Below, one piece after another: positions 23,016-37,240 of a stretch of DNA of 56,677 nt. Both the position numbers and the translations under genes were made by a program. Numbering within the stretch: the stretch's first letter is position 1; every line of letters starts with the position of its first letter. The notes under the pieces were generated by a model. It did no database searches. It was not told the origin of the DNA and worked only from the letters and a program-made list of their open reading frames with translations. The DNA comes from Octopus bimaculoides. Its lineage: Eukaryota. Where the stretch lies: contig NC_068996.1 of NCBI RefSeq assembly GCF_001194135.2, positions 7,555,585 through 7,612,261 of the forward strand, read 5' to 3'.

Positions 23016-23301
23016 NNNNNNNNNNACAAAGTCTGGGTACATGGGGATTAATACATACTTTAAGAAATTATTATTTCTTATATTTAATTGTTTATGTCAT
23101 GATGTTATTTACTCCATGTAAGCTACAGGAGATTCAATAGTTGGAAGTAAATACCATCAAACTAGTCTCATTATGTTTTAAGATACATTACATACATAAT
23201 ATACATATGAATATCTCAGAAGAATGAGATCTCAATATTAGAGAAATAGCGGATTATTTATATATGTTATAAATTAGAACAAACAGTAAGAGGTTGTCAC
23301 G

Positions 23302-23361
23302 AAAGTACTCAGAGTTTTGAATGTTGGAGCGAAGAGCTACGATACATTCTCATCAGTTATT
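23302..23361 (-). ncRNA. Degenerate hammerhead motif (G12 mutated to A)
   Basis: AAUAA-CUGAUGA-GAAUG...CAUUC-AAAAC-UCUGA-GUA-CUUU. Confidence 0.55.
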
Positions 23362-23368
23362 GCCATTA

Positions 23369-23427
23369 ATAGCTGACAAGAATGCATTGTAGCTCTTCGC
23401 TCCAACATTTGAAACTCTGAGTACTAT
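23369..23427 (+). ncRNA. Degenerate hammerhead motif (G8 mutated to A)
   Basis: AUAG-CUGACAA-GAAUG...CAUUU-GAAAC-UCUGA-GUA-CUAU. Stem I AUAG/CUAU, GUA triplet. Confidence 0.6.
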
Positions 23428-23455
23428 AACAACTTATTGTCTGTCCTAAATTATA

Positions 23456-23494
<39 letters not shown>

Positions 23495-23534
23495 ATATAC
23501 ATATGTGTACATACATACTTACATATAAACATAT

Positions 23535-23900
23535 ATTATCATCATCATCATTTACCCATACTGGCATGGGTTGGATGGTCTGGCAAAGTCCAATGGGTTC
23601 AAAGACTGCATTGTGCTCTGGTGTCTGCTTTAACATGCTTTTACATGGCTGGACGCCCTTCCTAATACTATCCAATTTACAGGGTGTACTGAATGAATTT
23701 AGTTTTATGCCACCAATGCCTGTGAGGTCACTATGCAAATTGTATGGCTCAGAACAGCTTTATCCTAAGAGATAAGGAGTAAAGAGGGGTAAGATATGAG
23801 AGAAAAGGGACCAGAGAGGACAGGTTTCTTGCTGTAGAGGAACTACATGGCTACTCGTATTTTAGAAGGGAGCCTGAAAATGATTGGATGGATGTGGAAA
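23535..23900 (-). mobile_element. Degenerate RTE-type 3' end
   Basis: (ATC)n-TTTACCCATACTGGCATGGGTTGGATGG...GCTGGACGCCCTTCCTAATAC matches the reverse complement of the RTE tail. Confidence 0.55.
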
Positions 23901-24384
23901 GTGATAGAAATAGTGAAGACAAGGTGTCAGGGTGAACTTTCAAAGTTCAAAGATGAGTAACAGTGAGAGGAGTAGAAAAACAAAGAGTGAATGGTGTAAG
24001 TGTAGATGTCTGATAGTGTGAAGCAGCAGAATAGTGATGATAATATGGTAGATAGGAGAAGGATGAAAGAAAGATGAAACATGATATTGTGGTTAATTAT
24101 AGAAGTTGATGGGGAAGGAGAGGAGCAGACAGAGGTATATGTAAAGTAAGATGTATGGGGGAGGGTCCAGGAGATAATTTGCTGACTCAGTGGGGGTGGG
24201 TGGGTGATCAATGAAAGTGTGATGGAATAGAACAGTAGTAAAGGATAAAGGATGGACGACAGATAAAATGGTTCTGGGTATTAAAAAACAAGGTATCAAG
24301 GAAGAGTTGCAGTTAGGGAGGTGATTGGTAGTCATGGTGATGAGTGTCTTAAGCAAGAAGGAAATTGAACAAAGCGTCCAGTTG

Positions 24385-24497
<113 letters not shown>

Positions 24498-24680
24498 TGT
24501 TACTAGAACTTAGTTTCATTCAGATGAGTGTGTCTTAAGAACTACATATCACCATTCATCCTGGTCCCTTATCATCTTCATGATGCTCAACATCTAGAGA
24601 TTAAGCTTCAGCACTGTATCCCTTGTCTTCCTGAGTCACTCTTTAAATCACAAGCTCCATCAAAATGCTTAATGATCAGC

Positions 24681-24721
<41 letters not shown>

Positions 24722-24731
24722 NNNNNNNNNN

Positions 24732-24763
<32 letters not shown>

Positions 24764-24767
24764 CAGA

Positions 24768-24800
<33 letters not shown>

Positions 24801-25213
24801 AGAGTCACACACACATGCATACATAAACATATATATATATATTTGTAATGAAAATGTCAAAACAGCAAGGTTTTGTATATGTTATATAGAAATCAGATAC
24901 ATGTTTAACAAATACATATTTAGTCCAGCTGTGGAAATATGAGCTGTGAGTAAACTACAGGAGATTCAATAGTTGGAAGTGAATACCATCAAACTAGTCT
25001 CATTATGTTTTAAGATACATTACATACATAATATACATATGAGTATCTCAGTTTAGGGAAAGGTGTTTTAATTCATAATCACACTTTGTTGATACTTCTT
25101 GGTAGTCTCTTGAGTCCAAGAAAGATGATTCTGCAGTTTTTGAATAACCTGCTCAAATGATTTGTTTATAGTGATCAAATGTTCTGTGCTGTGCATTAGT
25201 TCACTGCCTATAT

Positions 25214-25905
25214 TAGCCCTTTAGTATTCAGACTACTGTCAAGGTACAAGATTCAGTAGTTAGAGTCATGACAGTGAGTTTGATTCCTGGATTGGGCTGT
25301 GTGTTGTGTTCTTGAGCAAGACACTTTATTTCACGTTGCTCCAGTTTATTCAACTGTAGAAATGAGTTGCGACATCACTGGTGCCAAGCTGTATCGGCCC
25401 CTTTGTCTTTCCTTGGATAACATCAGTGGCATGGAGAGGGGAGGCTGGTATGCATGGGCAATTGCTGGTCTTCCATAAACAACCTTGCCCGGACTCGTAC
25501 CTCGGACGGGAACTTTCTAGGTGCAATCCCATAGTCTTTACCCTTTTTTATTGTCAAGCATATAATATTCTGTGTGTGTGTGTGTGTGTGTAACATAGCA
25601 TGTACATATTATGGATATGTATAACATAATATTTATGTGTGTAGGGAAATGTTACACAATATACTAAATATTCTCTCATCTACACTGAGTGTGTTTACCC
25701 TTTTTTATTGTCAAATGTAATACTTATTCATTGACACTGTTTTTAAATTAGTCAGGCATTATCTTGTAACTCTGAGATTCTGATAATGCAACTATATTTT
25801 TTGAATGACATTGTAGGGTAGGTGTGAGAAGCTAGATTTAGCTGGTTTGAGTAGAAATCAAGAAGAATATTTGAGCCAGATACGGCCAGTTTAAATGTGC
25901 TACAT
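25214..25905. mobile_element. Second piggyBac-like MITE copy, with a family-B SINE (about 25255-25530, +) inserted
   Basis: CCCTTTAGTATTCAGA start; ATGACATTGTAGGGTAGGTGTGA...GAATATTTG shared with 18502-18672. Confidence 0.55.
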
Positions 25906-26709
25906 GTCAGTTGTTGAAGTGATTGCAGAGCAATGTTAAATGAAGTGTTTTGCTCCAAGAACATGATGCACCATCCAGATCAAGAATTGAAACCAAGATC
26001 TCGTGATTGTGAGTGGAACACACTAACCACTAAGTCATGTACCTTCACATTAGGTCAAATGCCTTTGCTGATACATTCGTAACTAAATCTCTAGTCAACA
26101 ACCATTCTTAATTATTTTATGGCAGTAATAACTTAAGTTTTTATAAGAAATATAGTTAATTCCGAAAGCTGAACAGTGAAGTTGGTGATGCTTGGTGAGT
26201 GTTAAATAAGATGAAAATAGATCATCGTTACTCTCAGCATGAATGAAAGAATATTTGGTATATTGTGTAATATTTCCTTGCACACATAAATATTGTTATA
26301 CATTTTATGTACATGCTATGTTACACATACACACACACATATATATANNNNNNNNNNNNNNNNNNNNNNNNNNNNNNNNNNNNNNNNNNNNNNNNNNNNN
26401 NNNNNNNNNNNNNNNNNNNNNNNNNNNNNNNNNNNNNNNNNNNNNNNNNNNNNNNNNNNNNNNNNNNNNNNNNNNNNTATATATATATATATATATATTA
26501 GGGATAAAAATCCAAAATTACAGGTAAAACCTCAATTAAAATCAATTTATAAAAATTCAAATTAAATTAAGTTTCACAGTATTAAATATATATAAATATA
26601 TAGTTTTAGGGAATATAGTTTTATTTATTGTGCTTTTACCTATTAATTTTTCTATATGTGACTGTGGATTTTCATCGATCAGTTCATGAACCTTGGTTCT
26701 TTTCCCTAA

Positions 26710-26748
<39 letters not shown>

Positions 26749-27094
26749 ATATTATATGCTTTAGTGGTTCAAGCCAAATGGTGTGATCATGCTGGGATTA
26801 TCTGATCAATGATGAGACACACACACATATATGGTCTCTCAAAACACATCCTACCAACTTTATATAAGGGAAAAGATACTGAATGTAGACAGTGTCTAAA
26901 AAATAAGGTTGATCAATCATGGTTTTGGACACTGGTTTTGTTTGATCAATGATGACCATATAAGATAATGTTGTTCTTGCAGTGCTTCTCTTAGAGATGA
27001 GGGCTCCAAAGATAGAAGAGAAGTGAGTGTATACAAATTGTAATTTTCAATAGAAAAAGATTTTCAGCTTTCTGAACTTGCCAGTGAAGATGTG

Positions 27095-27480
27095 ACCTGG
27101 TAGCATCGTTGGCACACTGGACAAAAATATTTGGTGCATTTTTTTCTGGTTCTTTACAATCTGAGTTCAAATCCCGCTGAGAGCAACTTTGCTGTCCCTC
27201 CTCACTTCACGGTTAACAACAAAGGACTTGGATCAAATTTAAAAGCTTCCCTTAAAATTGCTGTCCTTGTGTCAAAATTTGAAACATAGACAGAAAGCTG
27301 GCAGAATCATTAGCACATCAGACAAAATGCTTAGCTGCATTTTCCCCAGTTCCTTATGTTCAAATCCTGCAGGGGCCAACTTTGTTTTTCATTCCTTTGG
27401 GGGTCAGTAAAGTACTTGTGAAGTACTGGGGCAGATGTTATTGTCTTTCCCCACCCATCAAAGTTGCTCACTTTGAACCC
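27095..27480 (+). mobile_element. Two degenerate family-C SINE copies
   Basis: GCTGGCAGAATCATTAGCAC...TGAGTTCAAAT heads. Confidence 0.55.
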
Positions 27481-27689
27481 TCCAATGAACTGGCATCCTG
27501 TTCAGGGAGAACGTTGTGAATTTGGTCAGACAAAAGCCAAGGAAAGTGGGTAACTGGCCTTATGAGTTCTTAGGCTCCAAAAAAAAAGAAGAAAACAAAC
27601 TGTCATGAAGTAAAAAAGAATATAGATAAAAAATGCAACAGGTTTTTCTCATTAATAAAGAAGGGGAGGTGGGGGTTAAAAAGAAACTT

Positions 27690-27965
27690 TTATCTTTTAC
27701 TTGTTTTAGCCTTTGATCTACAGCCATGCTGGGGCACCCTCTTGAAAGTGATTTGTTCCACCTTATTGGAACAAATCCCCCCCCCAGCACTTTCTTTTTG
27801 TTTTGTAGTGCAAGGGACGCACACACATAAATATATATATATACACAATGGGCTTCTACATTGTTTTTATCGACCAAATTACTTACAAGTCAGTCCTGTT
27901 GCATGTACTTTGTAAGTGTTATACAATAGCACTTACAAAGTGTACTTCTTAACCACACAGCCATG
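27690..27965 (-). mobile_element. Degenerate family-A SINE
   Basis: TTTTACTTGTTT...CAGCCATGCTGGGGCAC...GGGCTTC...CTTAACCACACAGCCATGC. Confidence 0.6.
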
Positions 27966-28276
27966 CTTGTGTCCATTACCTTCCCCCATTCCTTTTCAGG
28001 GTTCATAAAGGGGGCACGTTTTTTGTTTTTTTTTATTTTATCAAACAACTGGAGTTATGACCCCTGGTTAGAACCATCATAATAATGATGATGGTGGATA
28101 AAGTAAGATTTGGAGTTAGTCCAGTTGGCACTTCTATTTCACAGACATTGTGTTTCTAACTTATATATGTATGCAAAATGTATGTGTGTGCGTATCAATC
28201 ATCAGAGCTATATTTGTAAGAATAAGGAACATGCACACATGCAGACACATGTATATACATACACACATATAATGTA

Positions 28277-28350
<74 letters not shown>

Positions 28351-28801
28351 CAGAAATATATTTAAGGATCCAGGCACACACACACACATACTGAGAAAGT
28401 CCAAAAGAGACTAAGAGATGGAAAGAGAAAAAAAAAGCACTAAATTTTTTTGTTTTTGACATATTTTCCCCAATTCACATTGCACTGGTAAAATATAGAG
28501 ATGCACACCATTATGTCTCAATAAAAATGGTTTCTTGGGAAAATGGAACATAACTTTTTAAATATTAAACTTTCAGTTGGGTGCCCTATATTCATTCTTT
28601 TGTTTATTTTACATCCATTTTCCATTCTGGCAGGAGTTGGAGGAGAGTTACTTGAGACTTGATTTTATGGTTGGATGCCCATCACATCACAAACCCTTGC
28701 TTTTATCTTTTTTTATTTATTTTTGGCCATAATTTCAACAAGGATTGTCAACATTATCAATCAGAGACAAATATGGAATGTCAATATCCAAATACACACA
28801 C

Positions 28802-28892
<91 letters not shown>

Positions 28893-29661
28893 NNNNNNNN
28901 NNNNNNNNNNNNNNNNNNNNNNNNNNNNNNNNNNNNNNNNNNNNNNNNNNNNNNNNNNNNNNNNNNNNNNNNNNNNNNNNNNNNNNNNNNNNNNNNNNNN
29001 NNNNNNNNNNNNNNNNNNNNNNNNNNNNNNNNNNNNNNNNNNNNNNNNNNNNNNNNNNNNNNNNNNNNNNNNNNNNNNNNNNNNNNNNNNNNNNNNNNNN
29101 NNNNNNNNNNNNNNNNNNNNNNNNNNNNNNNNNNNNNNNNNNNNNNNNNNNNNNNNNNNNNNNNNNNNNNNNNNNNNNNNNNNNNNNNNNNNNNNNNNNN
29201 NNNNNNNNNNNNNNNNNNNNNNNNNNNNNNNNNNNNNNNNNNNNNNNNNNNNNNNNNNNNNNNNNNNNNNNNNNNNNNNNNNNNNNNNNNNNNNNNNNNN
29301 NNNNNNNNNNNNNNNNNNNNNNNNNNNNNNNNNNNNNNNNNNNNNNNNNNNNNNNNNNNNNNNNNNNNNNNNNNNNNNNNNNNNNNNNNNNNNNNNNNNN
29401 NNNNNNNNNNNNNNNNNNNNNNNNNNNNNNNNNNNNNNNNNNNNNNNNNNNNNNNNNNNNNNNNNNNNNNNNNNNNNNNNNNNNNNNNNNNNNNNNNNNN
29501 NNNNNNNNNNNNNNNNNNNNNNNNNNNNNNNNNNNNNNNNNNNNNNNNNNNNNNNNNNNNNNNNNNNNNNNNNNNNNNNNNNNNNNNNNNNNNNNNNNNN
29601 NNNNNNNNNNNNNNNNNNNNNNNNNNNNNNNNNNNNNNNNNNNNNNNNNNNNNNNNNNNNN

Positions 29662-29955
29662 CGTTGTGAGTGTTTATTGAGCAAAAACACCTAAAGCTCC
29701 ACGAGGGGATGGTGGCGAACCCTGCTGTACTCTTTCACCACAACTTTCTCTCACTCTTACTTCCTGTTTCTGTTGTGCCTGTAATTCAAAGGGTCAGCCT
29801 TGTCCCACTGTGTCACGCTGAATCTCCCCGAGAACTTCATTAAGGGTACACGTGTCTTTGGAGTGCTCAGCCACTTGCACGTTAATTTCACGAGCAGGCT
29901 GTTCCGTTGATCAGATCAACTGGAACCCTCGACATCATAAGCGACGGAGTGCCAA
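29662..29955 (+). mobile_element. SINE, same family as 5756-6043 (head lost in the N gap, tail complete)
   Basis: Near-identical body, continuing CCACTTGCACGTTAATTTCACGAGCAGGCTGTTCCGTTGATC...GACGGAGTGCCAAC. Confidence 0.85.
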
Positions 29956-32689
29956 CATATACACAAGCATATTACAAAAATTAATATGTATAGAGCACAC
30001 TTTCAATAAATTATTATTATTAATATTAGAGTGGTAAGCAGGCAGAATCATCAGAGAATTGAAAAGTATATCTTGCAGTATTACTTTTATCTGTACATTC
30101 CGAGTTCAAATCCTATTAAAGACAACTTTGTCTTTCATCCCTCCAAAGTCTATAAAACAGTGTAGTGGGATTGATGATATCAGTTAACCCCTCTACTCAA
30201 AACTGCTGGTCATGTGACTAAATAAGCAACTATTACTATTATTATTATTATTATGCTTGCAGAATGACAGAAGCATACTGTTTACACTCTTGCAGTGTCC
30301 AAGAATTTCTGACTTGCAGCATTATACCAAACAGCTGTTGTAGTGTGTAGGACAAATTTGACTATTGGCCAAAACTAACAAGAAGATCACCCTACTACCA
30401 ATATTGCACAAAGCAAGCTGGTGGTATTCCTCTAAATAGTGGCTATGACAAAACTGATTGTATGGTGGATGAGGCTAAAAGTACTGAGGAAAGACACCTT
30501 CCTCTTTAGTCAAGCCCTCATTGAGATCGACTTGGAAAGGCAAGTGAAGATGAAGATGGAAGTGTATATGTGAAAGGGTGGGTTAACTACAACAAACATT
30601 GCTAAGGTAAAGGAATCTACTCTAAGCATGTACCTGTAGATTGGAGAACAACAGGTGGGCAATCCTGGATCTGTAAGGTTCTTTGATTGGTCTCAGCTGA
30701 TATCAAGATGACTGTATCATGTGTTCATATAGCTTGTATGGAAATTTATTTCATTTCACTCTCTTTTCTCCTTTTCCTTCTTTTTTTTATGTAAACACCC
30801 CCAAGTTATACACTGTCCTTGTAATCTATACATCATTATGTCTCAGTGGTAAATAAAAAAAAAAAAATCACTATTATCATTGTTGTTATTGTTTACAACA
30901 ATCTTGTATGAGTTTCTTCTGCATTCACCATATTCTGGAGATGTGTGCAGCTTTTGAGAGTGTATAAGTGCAATTGCATGCCAAATCATGTTTTGTGTGT
31001 GTTGTAAGATTTTGGTTTTGTTGTTAGTATTGGTGCTACTTTAGCATTCCATCTGATTGTTTTGTAGAATATGTACAATGTGTTATATTATTTTGTCAAG
31101 TGTTGATTGTGTTATGTGATTGGTGTTATATCACTGGATGGTGATTGCATTGAACATGTGCTGTGCTGGTTGCAAAGAATATGTGCTGTGTGTGTATGTT
31201 TTTGTGGAGATTCTTTCCATTTTTTTTTTTCATGTTTTTAACTTAGTTTACTTTTCCCTATGCAATGTAACTAGCTAGTCAAAATTAAGGCTGACAAAAC
31301 AACCATTTTGCAAGAGAACTGATGAAAGCTAAATTAACATCAAGAAGAAATTTAAAAAAAATTTCTTTGATAGCTAACTTGAATTAAAATAAATAAAATC
31401 ATGTGTGTGTGAGAGAGAGAGAGAGAGGGGGGGGATAGCAAAGATAAGGAGGGAAGATGTGGAAAGAAAGAGATGGAAAAAGACAAAGAGAGAGAAGAGC
31501 AGAGAGATAGAAAAAGACAAAGAGAGAGAGAGAGAAAAAGAAAGAACAAATATTTTACAATATATTCAACTGTTTTGTATTTTAAATTAAAGATAATAAG
31601 ATTTGAAAAATGAAAAATATATGTAAACAAAATAATTTCAATTTAAATTAGAGGGCACAAGCTTAATTAAAATACTTCAGAAATTGGGAAAAGAATGAAG
31701 GGAAAAAAATGAATAAATCTTGAAGACTAAAATGTAAAATAAAAGTTAAAAATAAAATTAACACATATGTGTTTATTTAAATGTTTATTATATAGTATAT
31801 AATTTTATTTTCAAGTACTGTCACTATTCTGCAGAACAGCTTCAATTTTTTTTTTTTTTTAAGTGTAAGACAGAGGTGGGTTGTTGTCGGGTGCAGGTGG
31901 GTGGCAGCGGGAAGCAAGGAACTGGCAAAAAAAAATAATGTGTACCTATGGTACAAAAACATAGAAATCGTCGTCGTCATCATCATCATCAACATCATCA
32001 TCATCACCATTACCATCATCATCATCAGCATCATTATTAACAATATCTTCCAATAAGAAATATACTTAAAAGTCATTTTGATAGAAATAATGCAATTATT
32101 ATAAATCATAACTAATTTTTTAGTGCATTTTTAACTGATTTTTTTTTTTTTTCTTTATGAACAAATTTTTAAAAGTACATTTTTACATACAAAGAAAAAC
32201 AAAAACAGGAAGAAACAGGACACGATATTAATAAGAAAGAAAAAAAACAAAAAAAATGTGTGTGTGTGTGTGTGTGTGTGTGTGATAGGGTGGGGTAGTT
32301 TCAAATAAATTAATCTAACATTAATTATAACTGTTGAAGTTGTATTACATCAACAGGTGTCAACAACACACCAAGACTAAACCAAACACAAACATGTTGC
32401 ACATTCACATTAACGAAGTCAAATAATTTTGAACAACAAATCAACATAATTACAATTTGTGGAAGCAACAATAATGGCAAGGATAGTCAGAAATGCATGC
32501 TGATGATGATGATGTTGATGCTGGTGATTATTATTATTATTATTATACTTCTCAAAGCACTCAGTCTTACATGCTCTGGTTGATTCTGAGAGAGCAGAGG
32601 TCAGAGGTCTCACAGTCTCTTTCTATAAATTATAAGCTTTTATTTATTACTATTATCATTATTATTTCGGATATTTGGGAGGGAGGGGC

Positions 32690-32856
32690 TAGTGGACTAT
32701 ATCAGCCCTGGTTCTTAACTATTACTTATTTTATCAAGCCTGAAAGGATGAGAGGCAAAGTTGACTTTGGCAGAATTTGAACTCAGAATGTAAAGCAGTA
32801 AGAAATGCTTCTAAGCATTTTGTCCGGTTTGCTAATAATTCTGTCAGTTCACTGCC

Positions 32857-32903
<47 letters not shown>

Positions 32904-33168
32904 GATGATGATAATAATAATGATAATAATAATAATAATGTTAATAATAATAATCCTTTCTACTAAAGGCACAAGGCCTGAAATTTTAGGGGAGTAAACA
33001 AGTCAATTACATTGACCCCAGTACTCAACTAATACTTAATTTATTGACCCTGAAAGGATGAAAAGTAAAGTTGACCTGGGCAGAATTTGAACTCAGATCG
33101 TAAAGATTGATGAAATGTCACTAAGCATTTTGCCCAGCATGCTAATGATTCTGCCAGCTCACTGCCTT
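32690..33168 (-). mobile_element. Two tandem family-C SINEs flanked by (AAT)n
   Basis: Minus-strand head GGCAGTGAGCTGGCAGAATCATTAGC...CTGAGTTCAAATTC, core CTTTCATCCTTTCAGGGTCAATAAATTAAGTA, (ATT)n tail. Confidence 0.8.
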
Positions 33169-33169
33169 C

Positions 33170-33222
<53 letters not shown>

Positions 33223-35211
33223 CAACAACAACAACAACAACAAAAACTTTTACTGTGACAGCAGCAATGCAATTAGCATAAATATAATTAATGATAGCAT
33301 TAGTAGCTATAATGAGGAAGCTAATGATGGTAGTGAAGTTAGCAACAAAGCAAAAAAAAGCACTATAAACAACAACAACAGAAAGAAATCTCATTCATTG
33401 ACCACCATCACACCTTTGCCATCACCACCACCACTATGTTTATCTGCAAATTTTAATGAAACTCAACATTTATACACATATGAAAAAAAAAAAAAAAAGA
33501 AAAAAGAACCCAAACATGATGTAGGGGCATTATTAAAAACAGGGTTTTTGTCACATCTAATTGATCAATATTTGGTTGCGCAACTTATGTCTTACAAAAC
33601 TAATATATGCATTCATACAATCATGTGGATGTGTGCATGTGTAGGTATATACGCTGTATATACATTATATATTTGTGTATGTATGTATGTACACATATGC
33701 ATACGTACGTAGAACTCAAAACATGTTTTGAGTATATATTATTAATCGACAGAAGTTACAGAATGATTCCAAGGCTGAGAGTTTTGTGCATTGGCACTTA
33801 TGAAACTGATAAATGCCCATCCATGAAACTCTTAGCTCTTGAGTTACTTTGTAGCTTCTACTGATTAAAATAAAAATTATATATTTTTATCTACATAAAA
33901 TGTGTTTATATATAATATATATATACACACACAAATATATTTATATAGTACACACACACATATATATCATCATCATCATCATTTAACATCCATTTTCCAT
34001 GCTGGCACTCTGACAGAATACTAGTTGGACAAGCTTGTATAGCACGCCATGTATCACTGGGCAATCATTGGGCTCCTTGTCAAATGGAGTAATTTTTTTT
34101 TTTTTTGATCCCATCAATAACACAACACTATATATACATACACACACATGAGAGTGTTACCGTAATCTGGTGGTTAAGGAGATCATTTGCACAAGTAAGG
34201 ATTTAATACATCTGAATATAGAGAAGAACGCATTAATTCAGGATGTCCAATAATTTGTACAAAAGCTTCATGGCGTAATGGCTTCTCAAAGACTGCTTGA
34301 AAAGAAAGTGTTAAGCCCTGATCTATTGTTTTTGAGACTTTTGTATGGATGATATACCTACTGTAGTGTGTGTGTGTGTATATGTACATATATATATACA
34401 TATATGTACATATGTATTTACATATTGTACATATATATACACACATTAATTTGTTTCCAGATGATTTATCCTGGCATTACACTGAGTTTCTTGCTCAGTA
34501 TCATTCATTAACCAGAGGGTAACACACAGCATGAAACTGGGAATAACTTTACAATGTACCTTAAGTACACTTTCTCCAATATATACACCCACAAATACAA
34601 ACACACATACACGTTATGCACTCAGATTTTTAATTAAAAATACGTAAAGCTTCAAAATTTAAATGTTAATTCATATTTGATTACAGGTTAGACTAGAAAT
34701 GTTTCGAATTAATTTGACAAATATGTACACACACATAACATATGCATACACCAACTGCAACAAACACTTTATTCTCCATATAAATATATGTATACATGTA
34801 CACATATGAAGATACACACAAAAATGCATGCACACACACACACACACACACAGAGGTGCATACAGATGATAATGAACATAAAATATCACATTTAAAAAAT
34901 TTATTTTTGGCTGTTATTGTCGTTATTTGAATGGGGAGGGAAAAAGTTCANNNNNNNNNNNNNNNNNNNNNNNNNNNNNNNNNNNNNNNNNNNNNNNNNN
35001 NNNNNNNNNNNNNNNNNNNNNNNNNNNNNNNNNNNNNNNNNNNNNNNNNNNNNNNNNNNNNNNNNNNNNNNNNNNNNNNNNNNNNNNNNNNNNNNNNNNN
35101 NNNNNNNNNNNNNNNNNNNNNNNNNNNNNNNNNNNNNNNNNNNNNNNNNNNNNNNNNNNNNNAAAATATTTGATAAAATTCTAAAACAAATAATAATAAT
35201 AATAATAATCT

Positions 35212-35424
35212 TTTCTACTATAGGCACAAGGCCTGAAATTTTGTGGGGAGGTGACTAGTCAATTACATTGACCCCCAGTGCTCGACTGGTACTTATTTTA
35301 TCAACCCTGAAAGGATAAAAGGCAAAGTCAACTCCAGTGGAATTTGAACTCAGAACGTAAAGACAGACAAAATACCAATAAGCATTTCGCCCAGCATGCT
35401 AACAGTTCTGTCAGCTCACTGCCT
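35212..35424 (-). mobile_element. Family-C SINE, full length
   Basis: Homologous to 32955-33168 and 52081-52478. Confidence 0.85.
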
Positions 35425-36049
35425 TAATAATAATAATAATAATAATAATAAGTGAATGATGATGATGGTGTTTAGTCAACGACATGTTTGGTAATCTGAA
35501 AACAAATTACATTACGTATTGAAATAACATTCAGTGAAAGCCATTTTCTAACTACGAGCAATGTAGATGGTTATACACACATACATGTAGACGTATATAA
35601 ACAGTAAAAAAAAACCACACATAAACATACACAACACAGAGAATTTAAATACTTAGTAATATAATTCCATTGCATACGTGAATGCACACATACACATACA
35701 TATATATTTTTCTTACATCAATTTGTAAGCAATCACACACTCACACACATACAAATGAGCATGCATGCATTTATACATAAATATAAATAAATATATTGTA
35801 CCTGTAAATTGAAGATCCAGTCTTGTCGCATCATCAGTTCTGTTGAGAATTACATTAACAGTACATGCACCTATGGAATGCATACTCACATTAGTTCAAG
35901 CAACAGGCAGCATAGTTCATTACACAACTAAACAGTCATATACTGTTCAATGGGAGAAACCACCATACATATATATTACACACACACGTATATGTAAGCA
36001 TATTATTATTATATATTTTTATATATACTTATATAAATATATATTTATA

Positions 36050-36770
36050 TATACTTATATAAATTATCATTATTGTTTCAAAGACAACTTCTCTGTATTT
36101 AAGGTTGTTCTACAGCTAGATGCCCTTTACACCCCCCAAATCATATCCATTTCCAAATTTCCAAAGCAAGGTAATATTTTTCCCTGTATATTGGCCTAGA
36201 CGTCTCTCCACACCAGACACTGACATGTCCGTAATGCAAGACGTGACAAAACTGCCCCAGAGTGCAAGAATGAGATCCGTAAGGAGAGGAAAACACTTAT
36301 GAGACAAGAAAGATTGCAAACTACCTAAACAAACATTTCAGAAGTGGTGAAAAGTTCCACAAGAAAACAACACTGATGGAGATTGAGAAACGTCTGAGTT
36401 GTAAAAAAAAAATAAAGCTAAACCCCCAAAGCTTCTTTAACTTGCAAAGGAAACAGCCTCTGTACATTACAAAATAGGGGACCTCTTTCACAGAAAACCC
36501 AGTGAGGATAAGTGAAATACTGATTGCATTCTCTGAATCAGTGCACAATTTGGGTACTCACATGAGTAATGATGATTCTTTCCGGGTGTATATTACTAAA
36601 TTGGCAATAAAATGCAGGCAGTTGGTTAAATAGATTCTTTGAATTTACAGAATCAGGGAATAGGAAACCATGATGGTCCTCTGGAGGACATATGTTCTCA
36701 GCTGTTTAGACTACTCCTTCCAACTGTAGTCACCACACAGCATAGAATTAATGGCAGGACAAGGAGACCT
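36050..36770 (+). mobile_element. CR1-group LINE remnant (linker plus RT C-terminal piece)
   Basis: IKLNPQSFF...TENPVRISEIL, and KCRQLVK...MMVLWRTYVLSCLDYS, which matches 39800-39980. Confidence 0.55.
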
Positions 36771-36949
36771 GGGTAATAAAAAATATTGAATCAAATGCTA
36801 AAGCTTTTTTTAACTTTGCCAAAGAAATGGCCTCAGCAACTTCCAGTTTATTTTATAAGATCACACTGGAGAGATTTCTGGTGATCTGTATAGGCTGTAT
36901 GTCTGTAGGTGTTTTTGGTCCATATGTACATATGTATAAATATATGGGG

Positions 36950-37240
36950 TCAGTGGCTGGAGCATCAGGCTTACAACTGCAAAGTTGAGTTCGATTCCAG
37001 GAGCAGGCAGTGCGTTGCATTCTTGAGCAAGACACTTTATTTCACGTTGCTCCAATTCACTCAGCTATAGAAATGAGTTGCAACATCACTGGTGCCAAGC
37101 TGTATAGGTCTTTGTCTTTCCCTTGGACAACATCAGTAGCATGGAGAGGGGAGACTGGTATGCATGGACGACTACTGGCCCTCTACAAAACACCTTTGCC
37201 TGGACTTGTGCCTCAGAAGGAAACTTTCTATTGCCAGTCA
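36950..37240 (+). mobile_element. Family-B SINE
   Basis: GAGTTCGATTCCAGG B-box; body matches 25255-25530. Confidence 0.75.

Larger units (their letters stand above)
23265..23460. repeat. About 195-bp palindrome made of two head-to-head hammerhead-bearing arms
   Basis: Arms of about 95 bp (23265-23361 and 23368-23460) around a 6-nt centre GCCATT. Many differences in the core region are CpG-type transitions. Confidence 0.85.

Noticed and set aside
26596-26720. About 17-bp inverted repeat ATATAGTTTTAGGGAA / TTCCCTAAAACTATAT
   Set aside because: Short and partly TA-microsatellite; no ribozyme core or TSD found between or around it.
28659-29694. Long ORFs (up to 339 aa) spanning X runs, also at about 2.1, 6.7, 12.8, 35, 38.3 and 42.2 kb
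   Set aside because: They are open only because N gaps contain no stop codons.
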